Shown here: piece after piece, positions 24,601 to 39,700 of the stretch
Numbering within the stretch: position 1 is the stretch's first letter
How the letters are laid out: each line of letters begins with the position of its first letter
Source of the DNA: Lytechinus pictus
Taxonomy: Eukaryota
Direction: 5' to 3'
DNA length: 60,000 nt
Assembly (NCBI RefSeq): GCF_037042905.1
Contig: NC_087251.1
Coordinates: 45,200,001 to 45,260,000 of the forward strand
Program-made: the position numbers and the translations under genes
The notes under the pieces: generated by a model
What the model was told of the DNA's origin: nothing
Databases searched by the model: none
What the model saw: only the letters and a program-made list of their open reading frames with translations

Positions 24601-27600
24601 CAGATGCACTTTAAAGCCAATAGAACAATCAGCCTTGTATTATAGCATCACCTCAAGTCCTTACTACTCAAATCTGGTCAGGCTTCTAACCCATAATGCA
24701 ACATTCTCAGCATTGTAGTCTTGTAATATAGACCCACTTAATCACAATATGCTATGTAACTACTCAATACATCTTTACTGCAGTGAATATGTTACCAAGT
24801 TGCAAAACAAGTCCTTTCCAAAAACATTTTTAATTCCTCTGTACAAATAAATTCATACGCTAATCTATTCTCTGTACTATTAATAGTTATCTCAAAAAGG
24901 TACATTTTTAAGACGGTCAATGAGAGACCGTACATGGTGTTGGTCAAGGGAGAGTTTCATGAAAGGACTTGTTGAACGTTTCGTCCGAAAAGTCCTATTT
25001 TATCTGACAGTTACCATAATAACAGTGATTGTTAGCCAATGAAAATCAAGGAAAGATGTCAGATCTGACAACTTTGTGGGCGTGTCATGGTCTAGTGGTT
25101 AAGACTCTCATCTTTCAATCTGAGGGACGTGGGTTCGATTCCAAGCCAAGGCGTGTTTTCCTTCAGCAAGAAATTCACCAACATTGTGCTGCACTCAACC
25201 CAGGGGAGGTAAATGGGTACCAGCAGGAAGTACTTCCTCAAAAAGCTGTGAGCACCGGAATCAGTAGACTAGCTTAGCCGGGATAATGAAGGAGCCCCTT
25301 GAGCACCTAACAAGGTGGATACGTGCGCCATATAAGTCCTCTATTATTATCATTTATCATTTACAACTTGTCAGATGAAAAATATTGATGAAATGATCTG
25401 CAGATCATGCCCCCTTTGAAGGATCTTCTAGAGAGGCATATTACCTTGAAGTGTTAGCCTTGCGTGCCAGGAGTGGGCTCGGTGCGATGTGCTGTTGCAG
25501 TGCGAGCCACTGCTGGTTGAGAGACTCTAGCTTGGTGCTGATATCATCGGCAATCCTGGGTTTGGAGGCCATGAGCTGGATCCCTTTCCTCTGTAGCTTG
25601 CTCCTGCTCACCTCCCTCAGCTGCAGCTCCTGCTCATAGCCCTACAAGGAGAACAAAAAAAAAAAGAAATAAAATCAAAATATCATTAATGATTGATTGA
25701 TATCTGACAATAATTATGATCGTTGAGGTATATGGACAGTGCATGTTATACTATATGCGGCAGAAACTATATTTTGCATGAATGTAATAAAAAATGCATC
25801 CTACTGGCAATATTGTGGTACGTGCTCAGACCATAGGGATGCGAAGAAAGTGCGCTTCAAGAATCATCAACAGAGGACCAAACACATTATACCTTGTTTG
25901 TACAACATTATGGCACACCTCTTTGGTGGATTAAAGATATTGTAATAAAACAGTGAGTACATGACACATGATCGTGTAAATTGTAATGAACCCTCACACT
26001 GGCTATATTCAACATCTGTGCAAACATAACAGCACAAAACTTCATGGAAGTTTCCCCCTGAAACATCATATATGGAAAGAATGATTAATTGACAACAGAA
26101 AGAAAAAGTATATCCATGTACAAGCAGTAGAACCACATTGTATAGTTTCTTTTATAGTATGTACTAATTATAATCCATGCTGAAACAATGCAAGCATCAA
26201 TCTCCATTGTCTTCTTACAACAATGTAAGTCATTTATTGGAAGATTATTCAATAAAGTAGACTAAAAAGTTCATATCAGGACAACACCCTACCATTTAGA
26301 GACGGTTCAGATTAATATCACCAATCACGGTTTTCGAGAAGTACTCGGTCTAGACAAACGGATATAATTCCCTAAACTATATCCTGTATATATCCCTCTA
26401 CTGCAGCAGAAAACACTGAATGAATCAAAGGGCCTTTAGGTACTATACATGTATACTATAAGCCTATATTGCAGAATGTATAATATACATGTTGTTACAG
26501 TTATTCTTAACCTACCATGCAATATAAAATTACATCTACCAGTAGAATCAAACCCCATTATTATTAACAGAATTTCACAGCACATAAAAAGGGGAAGCTG
26601 ATGTTGGTTTACAATATAAACCACATGCATTTTTTTATGGTAATAAAGTATAATGAAAATTTCAAAATGATCTTTCACTTTCTAAATATAATTTCAAGTT
26701 CTGTGAACTTAAGTATCAGCAGGGGATGGAAACTACATTGAAAAATATTAATTTTAACTGTACAGGTGTCTCATATAACTTATCAATTTTATATTTTTTA
26801 ATAGACATTCACTGACAGGACAAAAAATATTCCTTGAAAACTTTTCTAATGAGTTCACTAAATGTCACTAAAACCAAAATGAAATATAAAAATTATATCT
26901 CATATTTTTATTTTTTGGTAATGATATTCATGAAGTTCATATTTCTATGAACTTTAAAATTAATCTAATACACACAAATTTGACATTATATCCACATGCT
27001 TACCTCACGATGGGCCATCACATTTTGTTATCAAGTATTATCAAATATTAAATACATTGTCCTTTTTCGATAGGCATAATCCTCTTATTAATCCGAGCAA
27101 CGCACATCTTTCCTTAAAACTTGGAACATGCCTGATATATAATCCTTGCACTTGTCTACATACTGTCCCATCGGAGTATAAACACTCGAAAGACATGGCC
27201 TGTTCAAATATATACGTGGCATGATTTGTTTCTGCCAGCTACATGTACATAGATGAACATCCCATACCTTCAGGCGAAAAGGCAAATTAAAGGGCAGGGA
27301 GTGCTTAAACATGTGGAGGTTGCTGATAGAAAAGGTTAACTGCTTAACCACGCTTATATGATGGTACGTAAGGTAAATTAATGGGCTTGTTCATAAGGGA
27401 TGGTGGGGCTTCATAGGCCCCCTCTCCTAATACGTAGAGGCCTATGGGGGCATGCACCCTTGAAAGTTGAAATTCACTGTGAACCCTCTTTCAAATTGGT
27501 TATTATCTGTCATATGATGGATTTTATAAAATATTTGATATTCATAAGTACTTCACATATTCAATAGTCTATATGTATTAACATTATTACTCAACAATCC

Positions 27601-30600
27601 TTCAACCCTCACCCAACCAACTTTCTTCAGCGTTGACGTCAAAAGAGATAAGTAATAGTTAGATAATATAAAATGAGATAAATGGTATGCACAATTTGTA
27701 AAAGAAATCATGTTATGCATACATGTACATTTTTCGTCATGACTGCAAAGTGCAAAAGAAATGTCAACAGTGTATACGGATGAGAGAGGACAAAGTCTTG
27801 GTCCACATCATTTTTATAAAGGAGCTTAAAATAAATTTTTAAAAGACTGTTTATGAGTTTTATCAAGAACATTGTCTTGCTTAACCCCTCCCCCTCGTCA
27901 TGACATATTACATCTGAGTTTGACACTCTCCAGGCAGCATCCAAAATAATTTCATCACTCAAGTCAATATTTTTGAGGAAGGCTCCCCCAGTCCCCTCTC
28001 TAACAGCTAATAATGATTAATCCAACTGCGGGGGTATAAATACATTTGCGGCTTCATAACCATCCAGATGAGATTGCAAGCTACATACTTGGTATCTATT
28101 TCAATCAGCCTAATGAACGGCCCTGTAACATGAAAGGGAATTTCATTCTTGGTCTCATATTTCAGACTAGTTTGTACCCGGGTTTAAGACACCACGTTCA
28201 TCAGCATGGAGCATTGTAAAAATATGAAAAATATCAATGTTCCTAAATGTAGTCTTCAAAGAGTGATTTGAAATGATTTTAAATCTTCACATCAAAATCT
28301 ATTGTTATTCATTGGTGTGAAATTAAAAAGATTACAAAAAAAAAACCTCTGAAAATGTTCAAAGCATTTAGTCAATTAACATACACTTCAAAACTTCAGG
28401 AAAACACAATATGAAATTACTTGCAAAGACTAGACAATAATTTTGCTATTAAACCAAAATTGATAAACACTCTTGGTCATTAAGGAAAAAGCTCTAAATT
28501 CAGTCCTAAGTTTTTTTGCTCAGTGTTTAAAAAATGTGGAGCAAACTGCAACGTGATACCACCAAAATTATTCCCTGAAGACCTAGAAAAAGGAAATTTT
28601 AACAAAACTAGGTACTGTAGATGTACATATTATAAAGTCTGAAAAATAGACTAGATTTTTTATATGGTTTTCTATTTTCAAGTTCACTGGCAACATAGGA
28701 ATTTGAACTGAGGGAACTGAACTGAATTTGAACACGGTGACCTAACGCACACGGAATGCATATTGAGAACATGTAAGCCAAATATTGCATACAAGGAAGA
28801 GGGAAGCTGATACCGGTATGGAGATGAGATTTCCGCTTTATCTATCACCACCTTATCATCTGACCTGAAGTGCAATTACACCCTGTCCCTGTAATCATTA
28901 TAACAAATTCTTTCCCAGCAAATATATGGAAATCATATATACCATGCACAGACAGAACTCTGGATATATTGTTTTGCCTAATCATCTGCCCCCACCCCCC
29001 CCCCACAAAAATCCCCCCCCCCAAAAGGAATGTATGATTAAAACAAAGAATTTGTTTTTTATGAAACAAATCAACTAGAACTGAAAAACACCTTTTAATA
29101 ATGTCATATTTGATATGAAAGAAAAATGTGTTGTTTGTTGAACCAATGAAATGGAAAATCAAACTAACTTTTTTTTCCGCAGCATTCAGAGCGAACCAAA
29201 TAGTATCAAAATAATAATCATTTTTCCTCCTCGTAATGTACAAATGACATTCAAAATTCAATAGCACAACTTCCCTATTATAAGATAACACAAGTGTTAA
29301 TCAAAATAAATGTACATCAGTACATGTCATTCTGTTTTAAATTTGGTGACAGAAATAAGTAGCCTCTAGCAATTTCTCCATTTCGATATTTTATTTCAGT
29401 GCAAGAAAAGAGAAGAAATTTCATGTTTGAAAACTCCAAGCATTGCTTTTAAGATTTTATAATAATTTGTTTTAAAAATATGTGATCCTTTTATTAAAAT
29501 GATAATTAGGCATTGTTGAGTTCTTTTTTTAAACTATGCAAAAATTCTCCCATTCCCTGTAGTGCATAACACCTGCAGAAAAAGAAAGGCTTATTGTTCC
29601 CATGTAACAATAATTGCTATTTCTCGTAAATCTACCATCAATGCAAAACAGTGACACGACATATGTTCCTGCAACATTTGCTCCAATCTTGATATTTTCA
29701 GGGGGCATGGGGTTAGAGTTTGGATTTTAAAAGAGTTTGATTTATTCAGCTCAAGTACACCCAGCCTTTTTGTAGAGTGAACTTCTACATGTACAGTATG
29801 TTCCCATGAACCATCCGTATTTGGAATACTCTCCCAAACGCTGCTGTAACTTCGACCTCTATAGCTGGCTTCCGGGGAGCAACATTGCCTATCATTCAGC
29901 AAATGTTGCCTCCCCCTCCCCTTAAGATGCTGTAAGAGGGACACACACGCACCACCCGCACACTGCACCTAGCACACTGTATATAGTGCACCAAGAATAC
30001 CACCACAGGATCACCACATCACCTGAAGCACTGGCAGCACCTGACACAGCACAACCCTCTCCAGGACAGCGTGTACGCTTTTTGGGAGAGTACTTCTTCA
30101 AGGTTCAAAATAATGTAAAGATAAAGCATTTATCTAGTTTTGAAAGTTAGGTTTTATGTTTGGCTTATCATGCAGATTTTCCATTTGTTGCCAGAGCAAA
30201 TGTATCATGGAACCATTCAAAATGCCATGGCATTAATATATATGCAACTGCCAACCAAAACCAATAATGATAGCATTTTGATCCTGATAACAAAAAGCGC
30301 ATTAATTGTATATATTTATTGCAGCATGATGCACCAAGACTTGATTACAGATCCACTTTTAAGCTTAAAATGAGAAATGTTAGGTCAAACTCTGCAAATA
30401 GAACAGATATTTTTAGCATTCTGGAAATGGGTGGATGTAAATGGATGAGATTTAATACATGGATTCAAGTATCTTTACCTTGCACATGTGCTGCTTATGA
30501 TGTTCGGAGACTCGCATATCAGCGCTGTCTGACACGGCCAGGTGCATGTCATTCAACCAATCAGAGAGCTCGTTATAGAGTACTTCAAACTCGGGGCTTG

Positions 30601-33600
30601 AGCTCAGCGACGAGCTGTTGCTGGTACATGATGGTGAGAACCTGGGCAGAAAATGAAAGACATGGGAGGATGAAATCAGCGTTGCTGTCAAACATCTATG
30701 ACAGCCTTGAACAGGCTGGAAACACACCCAGTACTGCAAAAGGATTGGTATGAATATAAACAAATTAATATTTTTTACCTAATATTTTCAGTCATCTATA
30801 CATTTGCCTGTATACCATCTAAAAAGAGATAATTAAATTAAAGAAATCAATGACAATTCAAAAGATACCATTTTATACATTAATAGACTAACTGCTATAT
30901 AAATTATGTATTCATGAACACTTTGTCGGCTTCCCGCAAGAAGGGACTTTATTACTGTGCTTTTAGCAGCTAGTGTATTATCATTTTCTTTCCAAATTCT
31001 CAAACTTTCTGACAAAGAAAGATTTTTTCTTAATTGATATTTTGTGACTTTATTTAAAACAATCTAGATGCTTTCTAATGTTGAGAATGAATTCCGTACA
31101 CCCCTTTTCCGGGAAGGAAAATACTCAATCCACTGATCAAGTTCCCAGAAAAAAGTCGCTAATGCGAAATCCAGTTCCCAGAAAAAGGCCGCTAGCGCGA
31201 AAAGGTCTATGTGCGTGAGCTCATTGTACAAAGAACTGGTTTTTTTCTGGGAACGAAAGACGCAATCCAGTTTAATAAGAAAATGGGCGCATCTATGCGT
31301 AAACCACATTGGCATGTTTTTGCTTATTACGTCATAATGACGTCACATTTAGGTTAAAGAATGGTACACGAAGAAAGTTCCTGACATGCTTTTTCCATTT
31401 CAGCAATAAAAAAAATTCTTTAAAGAAAATGTTGATAAGTCCCTTCTTGCGGGAAGCTGACAGCTTTATAGGTTCCAGGGGCCTGTAACACAAAGGTTAG
31501 CAATTAATTGCATTCTTGATTTACTTGATTAATATTGTAGTCCCTGTATTAAATGCAATCAATCGTAAAAAAATTATATGTTGATTGCTATTGCTTTGTG
31601 CTACGTAACGTTGAGGCCCGGAAGGAAAACCCGGCTTGAACCCGGACCAGAAGGTTTAGCAAAACAAATTTCTAACTCGCCTTTTTCCCCCAATGTGAAC
31701 GGAAATTTTCAGCCCCGCGAGACGAGTCTGATTCGCCTTTTCTGTCCCAGCAAAAAGGTAGGATCAGACCAGCGAGCTGGGGGAGACAGGGCAATTTTCT
31801 TGCAGTGTGGACGGAAAGCCGAGTCTACCCCGGCAATTGATTGTGAACTGCCGCTTTATTAGAGTTTTGTTTTTCTACGCACGCATTCCGTCCAGAGTAC
31901 ACTCGATTTTATGCAGTTTTCAGTCGTTAATTTTCAAGGCAAGCGCATGCCAGAGTTTGTTTACATCATGGTTTACATATTTATCGCGGAGGATTGTGGA
32001 TAATTGGCGGAGCAGACCCGCGAGGCAAGTCTGTTCCGCTAGCTGGGGCTAAATGTGAACGCGAGAGAGAAGACCCCACGGCGAGCCGAGGCTGACTCGC
32101 GAGGCGAGTCTGATCCGCGAGCTGGGGCTAAGTGAGAACGCGGTATATGTCATATCATCCACATCATAACAGCTTTAGGATGTACATTTTCATCACTTGA
32201 ATTTTGACAGGCAATTTAGGGGGATTCAGCAAAATCTTAAAATGGGGACATTTGAACTACTCTTCTATTTCTCCCCAAAACCGGTTTCAACATGCTGTGC
32301 CAGTGTACACATTTTATTAGTCAACTTTGAAGTTTGTACTCATTTCAACAAACATTTCCTTTTCTAGGCAGATTGCTTTACTACCTATTCCCCCAATCAA
32401 ACTTCAAACAATGTTGTACAAACACAATGTCTATGAATAATGGTGCAATTATGCTTTCAGAAAGCAGGAAGTAGAATAAGTTACATATTTTTGTTTTCTT
32501 CCCAAGCTAAACTAAAAGTTAATTACAAATGCCATCAATCACTTGAATAATTAAAATGGCACAGGAAAATCAATGTAAGTTTAGAGTGTTTTGAAGTAGC
32601 AAATTTGTATAGGAATTCATATCTAAAGGTTAAGGAATCATGTTTTCATTTCATAGTTCATACCGCATCCTGGTACCGGAAATAACATCAGACATGTCTT
32701 TAAATTGAATTTGATATATTTAGCTTCAATACTCCAGGCTCTAATTTAGGTACTTTGGCTAAGAGCAAAGAAACCAAGCGAGCAGAATAATTCAATTAAG
32801 AATATTTTGTGTTTGACGAAGGCATACATTAGTGCTTGATCAAATTGGAGAAATATTCCATACAGTAGCTGTGTTAATGAAATTCCTTTTTTGGGGGGTT
32901 TAATTTAAGATACCATCTTGGGTAATCAATTTTGAGGTTATCCAGGTGATATATATTGAAGGTATACTGTACATTAGTGCTTGCCTAAATGGAGAAGTAT
33001 TCCATACAGTAGTTGTGTTAATAAAATTTCATTTCATTTTTTTTTGTTAAGTTTGAGATACCATCTTGGGTAATCAATTTTGAGGTTATACCTGTCAGGT
33101 GATATTGATCAAGATCTCGTTTGATTCGTAGGTCAATACTTTCAGGACGACACCCAGGCTCAAAGAGACTCTTTTTTTAATGCTTGATTGCAACGGTCAC
33201 TTATAATATGCTCCAGTCTCATCGGCGAGACCGACTCCTGGGTCCCGTAACACCAAGCTCTAATAGCGATTAATCGTACACTTGATTTCCACAATTGAAG
33301 GTCAAGTCCACCCCAGAAAAATGTTGATTTGAATAAATAAATCAAACTAGCTTAATGCTGAAAATTTCATCGAAATTGGATGTGAAATAAGAAAGTTATG
33401 ACATTCTAAAGTTTCGCTTATTTTCCACAAAACAGTGATAAGCACAATTCAGAGACATGCAAACGAGACAGTTATGATATCCCTCACTCACTATTTCTTT
33501 TGTTTTTTATAGTTTGAATTATACAATATTCCATTTTTTACAAATTTGACAATATAAGGACCACCTTGACTGAACCATATAGTATTAAACTATGCTAGTT

Positions 33601-36600
33601 CCACAATTTCAGGGAGGAATTAATCGTTGTTTCACTTGACAATGAGGAGAAAGTTAGAATATTTCATATTTCATATAATAAAATACAAAAGAAATAGTGA
33701 GTGGATGATGTCATCAGTCTCCTTATTTGGATACCGACCAGGATGTGCATACATTGTATAACTGTTTTTGTGAAATTAAGCAAAACTTTAGTTTAAATGT
33801 CATAACTTTCATATTTTACAACCGATTTTGATGAAATTTTCGCTGTTATGCATGTTGGATTTTTCTCTTTTTATATGAATCAACTTTTTGTTGGGGTGGA
33901 CTTGTCCTTCAATTGTACATTGCAGTCAATGAAATCAATTGTGAAGTGTTCTTCGATGATTGCTAAGCTTTACGTTACGGGACACAGACTGACATAAGCA
34001 ATAAGTTACATGATATTGGCTAGCTGAGCCTACCTCAGAATGGTATACCAGAGATTATATGAGAGATATTCCAAGAGTTAGGGGTAATATTGCACAAATC
34101 AAAGATGAGTGCTACATTGGCCGTATCAAGTGAAACTTTTCTGGTATATTCCATGAAAAAAAGCCTTCCAATGTCATGATTATCTATCACCCCTCCTCCA
34201 AAAAGGTGATTGAGCGAATCACTCTATCATAATAATTTCATATGGTCTCACTTCATATGCCATGGAAACACCTCTAATATCACTAAAAACATTCTTTCTC
34301 ACTCCACATTCTTTCTCTCTCTCTCTTCTAGGCTTATAATGTGTTCCCACAGTATCATCATCATTATAACATAAGCCATAAAGACAATACATAAACAAGG
34401 AAGAATCTTGTTTGTAGCTGTAAACGACTCCCAAGAGAAAACCTAGAAAGAAGAAATCTGTTCACGTAACAATAAATACTGCCCTAGTTCTACCAGGTCC
34501 CTCTCCCCTTCCGGGTATAACCATACTGCAGACAAGACATCAATCTACAATCCTCATCATATGTTATTCAACATCCAAGCTATTAACAACCACCCTGGTA
34601 TGACTACTTGGAAAAAAAATCTTGAGACACCAGAGGGAATCTGAGTTAAAATGATAATATTGTGGAAAATCTGTTTATACCAAAAGAATGACAAAATCCT
34701 TTGTCCAGTGAAATGAAATGCAATATCATATCAAGTGGTTTGAAGAAAAAGAGCTAGGTCTGGAAATTTATATAAAAGCGTGAAATAATCACATTTGAAA
34801 TGTCTAGAAATGGGGAAAGCCAAGTCTCCTATATTTTTACGAATGCAGTTTGAACTTAAAAATGCACTGATAACATCGATCCCCTTAAAATTATGTACCC
34901 TTTTCTTGAAATCCAGAATTCTTGAGAGGTGTGCTGGTCCTTTTGACAAGTTGTTACAAATGTTAAGTAATACTTGATAACCCTCATGTCAATTTGACCA
35001 TTTATGTATTGGAGTACATGAAAGAGTAGTCCTTGCCTTACATCACTGACATCACATGCGCGGCCAATTTGAAGTCTCCATGGGTATTACCAATTTTTAC
35101 AACTTTTTTTAAATTGATAACTTTCCTATTGTTTGTCCGATATTGTTCAAACTCTCACCTATCAACTTGTCTGATTTTTTTCCTCTAAAAACAAGTTTCT
35201 AATAGACCAGTTCGTAGTTACTTCATGGACAATTTTGGTCAAATTACCTTTCATTATGATAGGCAGATTTCAAAGCAAGATATTACGTAAGCTTGCCTTA
35301 CATAGCAGGATGAAGAAATTGAATAGACCAGGTGACTAGAACAGCACACCAATGAACACTTTATGAAGGTATTTGTTGCATTCCTACTTTGAATGCATAT
35401 CATAGCATGTTGCACACCGGGGGGGGGGGGGGGGGGGCACTCAGTATATAATGCATAGTGGGTATGTGCCGCGGAGGGGACCCCCATTTTTACACTCAAA
35501 TTTCCGTTCCGAGGCATAGCATTTTTGTCTTATTGAGAAAAAGAACAAAGAAAACCGCTCCAGAGCATAGCATTTTCTTATTCTCGAGAAAAAATAAGAA
35601 AAAAATCCGCTCCAGGGCTTCGCATATTTTCCGTTACGCCGTTCCGGTCGCAATTTTGGTGAAAAGCGGCCGCAGCTCGCTGTCCGACCATCGCCTCTGC
35701 GCTAGCGCGCCCGTCAGTCGTGCCGTCGGGCTAGCTGCATGTACGTTCCATAGGGATGCATACGCACTCGCACGCAGGCGACCCGTTCCAAGGACCCCCG
35801 TTTTCACAAACATTTGTAGTTCCGAAGCCCGTTCCGAGGACCCTCCTTTTTACAATGAGCCCGCTCCAAGGCCCCCAACCACTTTTTTGGTCGAGTGCCC
35901 CCCCGGGGTTGCACAATGTACTTGGCAAACTGTGAAATACCAGCTAGTCAGTTCGTGGACGCATTGTTGTTTTTTGTGGATGTAAATTAAAACTACTATT
36001 CAAAAGAATATATGAATAATCAAGACATCAAAGTTGGTGCTTATCTCATTAGATTTTAAACCACCATGTCACTTTAGTACAAATGACATTCCTCTGATCA
36101 TGCGTAGAATCTTTTGATCATGCGCAGAAAGGAACTACGAACTGGCTTATTGGGTAGGATTCCCCTTTAAGATATATTTACCTGCTGCTCTGTGTTGGTG
36201 ACTGCTTGGTTGTATCTGTGGGGTTTGTTTTTGTTTGTGAGAAGGAGACATTGACAGGTGAACTTCTTCCTTGATTGCGTCTGAGTTTAATCCTCATAAA
36301 ATCAATAGCATCCCTGGTTTCCTCCACAAGAAGATCATCACAACTCTGTCAAAAGAAAATACAACTATTATTATCATCATCATCATTTCTATTATTATAA
36401 TCATCAGCATTACTATTATCATCATCATCATCACAGGGAATAATTTTGCTTTACAAATTTGAATAGCACTTTTGGTCATAAGAGTAAAGCTTTCAACTAA
36501 GTTATGGACAGTCCTATGTAAAAATATGCTATACAAAAGACTTTATGCATAGCAGTCTTTCAAAAATGTGGAGCGATGTGATACCAGGAAAATTATTCCC

Positions 36601-36682
36601 TGCATCATCATTATTAGTAGTAGTATTATTATTATAATTATCATCATTGTTATTACATGTACTATTATTATAAGTAGTAGTA

Positions 36683-36718
<36 letters not shown>

Positions 36719-39700
36719 GGAGGAGGAGGAGGAGGAGGAGGAGGAGGAGGAGGAGGAGGAGGAGGAGGAGGAGGAGGAGGAGGAGGAGGAGGAGGAGGAG
36801 GAGGAGGTAGTAGTAGTAGTAGTAGTACATGTAGTAGTAGTAGTAGTAGTATAATGTGGTCTAGCAATCCGCAGACCAGGGTTAAAATCCTACATGTACT
36901 TGGTGCACTAGTGCCCTTTGGTATTAAAAGCATCTGTCCTCATTATGAGGTCCCTTGGAGAGGACCTTAAAATGTCAGTCCTGGTTCTTGCTTACAAATA
37001 TCAGGTAAAAAAATCAGCACCATTCATCACTGTGACACAGGATGCATTTCACATTATTGACTATTGTTCCTTCCATGGACTTTGTGGAGGCTTTAATTTG
37101 TAAAAAAAACACTTGAAAATTATAATTTTGAAAGAGATTTCATAATAGTTTATAAAACAACTTGTGCTATATTAGAAATCTGTTCAAATAAAAAAAAGTA
37201 ATCAAAGGAAAATGCACTCTCTAATTCACCCTTTAACAGATGCTTTGTTAAGAAAAAGCTGCTGGAAATCTGAAATTAATATTCTTTGAAATTATAAAAG
37301 TGGAATCACTTCCTCTTGAAAAATAATAAACTGTATTTACTTGTAACAATAAAAATGTGTAGGCCTACTTCCTAAAGCATATGATAAACATACAAATTGT
37401 ATAAAGATTTCAACCAATTATAAGGGGGGGGGGATATTCTATGACTGTACATAATATATTTCAAGAGGCTAAGAGCCTTTAATCTCTGGAAGACAATACT
37501 TGTAGCTGTAGCGGAAACATGTGATCACTACTGTGCTGGCGCTATTGCTTTGCCATAATTCCACTTCAAGGTTGAAGTGTGAAAGTGAAATAACAAATGA
37601 AACACAACCAATATAAAAACAAATAGGGCCTACATATATATCAGTTTATATACAAATCATGTTTTGGTGTTTTCTATTATTTGTTAGAAATGAATTGATC
37701 AGTATCAGTATAGGATGTGCTACGTTAAATTAAAAAATATAACTGTATATATATATGGATCTTTGTTACAAAGACCGGCATTGGTTGTAATTAATACCGG
37801 CTTTGCCATGCGCTAGATGGAGCAATGAAACGGCGGGAGAAACTAACAGTTATCAAGGTCAAGTAAATTGATCTGATTGGTCAAAGGCAATGCCGCTTCC
37901 TGGCTTTATTTAATTGCTGACCGTCATCATAATTCATCCAGATGCATGTTGTTGTGATATTAGAATCCTCCCACACACTAACCAGCGACTCCCTGCCCTA
38001 ACTATTCCATCTAACTGGGCATACAGGGTGGATGGAAAATAGGATTGATACGAAGCGATCAAATTTCACCACAATACTGTAAATGTCAAGAAAGGCGAAG
38101 GTGAAAATGGAGGCTTAAAATTTTCACCAAATGTCACATATAGAAAGGGATATTGATCTACATGGGCAAGTGCACATTGATCAATTGATGAACCTTTGGT
38201 GACCATATCAATATGCCCATTATATACAAGAGGTACGGTACCAGTCCCATAAAAGAAAACAATCTTTCGAAATGATTCTCATGTTTCAAATCAATGTCAT
38301 GAAAACGGCTTTGGCTTGAGCCTGAATAGAGAAAAGGGAATAAATCCTTTCCAAATGTCACTGGCGATCAGTGTTGCCAATTTGCAGACTAATGGTAATC
38401 CCAGCTGTATTTATTGGCTGGATGAGTGCTCGGACTTTCTACTATAGCAACAGTGAGATATATATATATCGCAGCTGGCATGAAATAATTATGAGATATG
38501 GCTTTTCTTATATAGTTTGAAAGTACTACATTATTTATGGAAATAAGACTTGCCAGACATCTTGCATGCTTTGAACTAGTACAATATGAGAAAGGCTTTT
38601 TTTAAATGAAAGGTAATGTGTAAGTAAATCTGGCAACCATTCCCCCCCAAAAAAAAAAGTCATTCACATTCCCTTTTTCCAATTTTTACTGTATTATCAC
38701 ATCCTCATTTTCTTGAGCCTACGTTTAAATAATTATAGCCTATGTTTAAATAAGATTTATATGCCCTATATATGTAGCAATCGGAAGCATTTAATACAAT
38801 GTAGCTGCTCTCCAGAACACATGAAATAACAAAGCTTTATAAAAAAGAGATTTTTTTTAAAATTGGTTCTAATACATTCATAAAAATTTGTGAGCACCGG
38901 AATGGGTAGACAAGCTTCGCTGGGGTAATATAGGAGCACCTAACAAGGTAGATACGTGTACTATACAGTGCATCCCAGAAAAAAACGAAACCGAGATTTA
39001 GCGATGATTTATCATAACTTAATCACAAATAAAATAGACAAATGACCTACCAATGTAAAGCTTAGAATCTTCAATAATTTCATAAAATAATTTCATAAAA
39101 TGAAGAGGTTTTACAGGCTAGCGTTCAAACTCACTCGACACTCCGTTTTGTTTACGATCAGCCATGCATTAAGTCTTTTGTTAACCATGCGATAGCTTCT
39201 GTGGGAAACTGGTGAAAACAGTTTATTTAATGAAATTATGGAAATTCAAGCCTTATTTCAAATAACCAGAACTTTGTTATTTCTTGACCATTTTCTGTAA
39301 TTGAGGTATCAAATTAAAGAGCAGATATTGAACTTTTAAGACACGTGATTTTCTTTTTGAAATTCAGATACCCCCCGCCAAATGAGTTTTTGGTATCCTT
39401 TCTTCAAATTGTTTTTGCTCACTCATGCGTGAATGAGGAATAATTTAAGTAATATCAGATGAAAGAGGAGATTCTAAGCTTTACATTGGTAGGTCATTTG
39501 TCTATTGTATTTGTGATTAAGTTATGATAAATCATCGCTAAATCTCGGTTTCGTTTTTCTGGGACGCACTGTATAAATCCTATATCATTATTATTTAAAT
39601 TAACCTGCTAACTACATCCATTCCTTTCTAATGCCATTTACCACCCCTTACTTCACACCATTCTCCCATACTTTACCCCTTTTTAATAATATTAATAATG

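Noticed and set aside
29591..30070. 125-aa ORF / GC-richer segment as an additional exon
   Set aside because: No convincing in-phase donor and acceptor, and exons 30479 and 25641 already join in frame
36271..36933. Poly-P/L/R/I ORFs (also poly-S/D ORFs at 6413-6717)
   Set aside because: Translations of trinucleotide microsatellites
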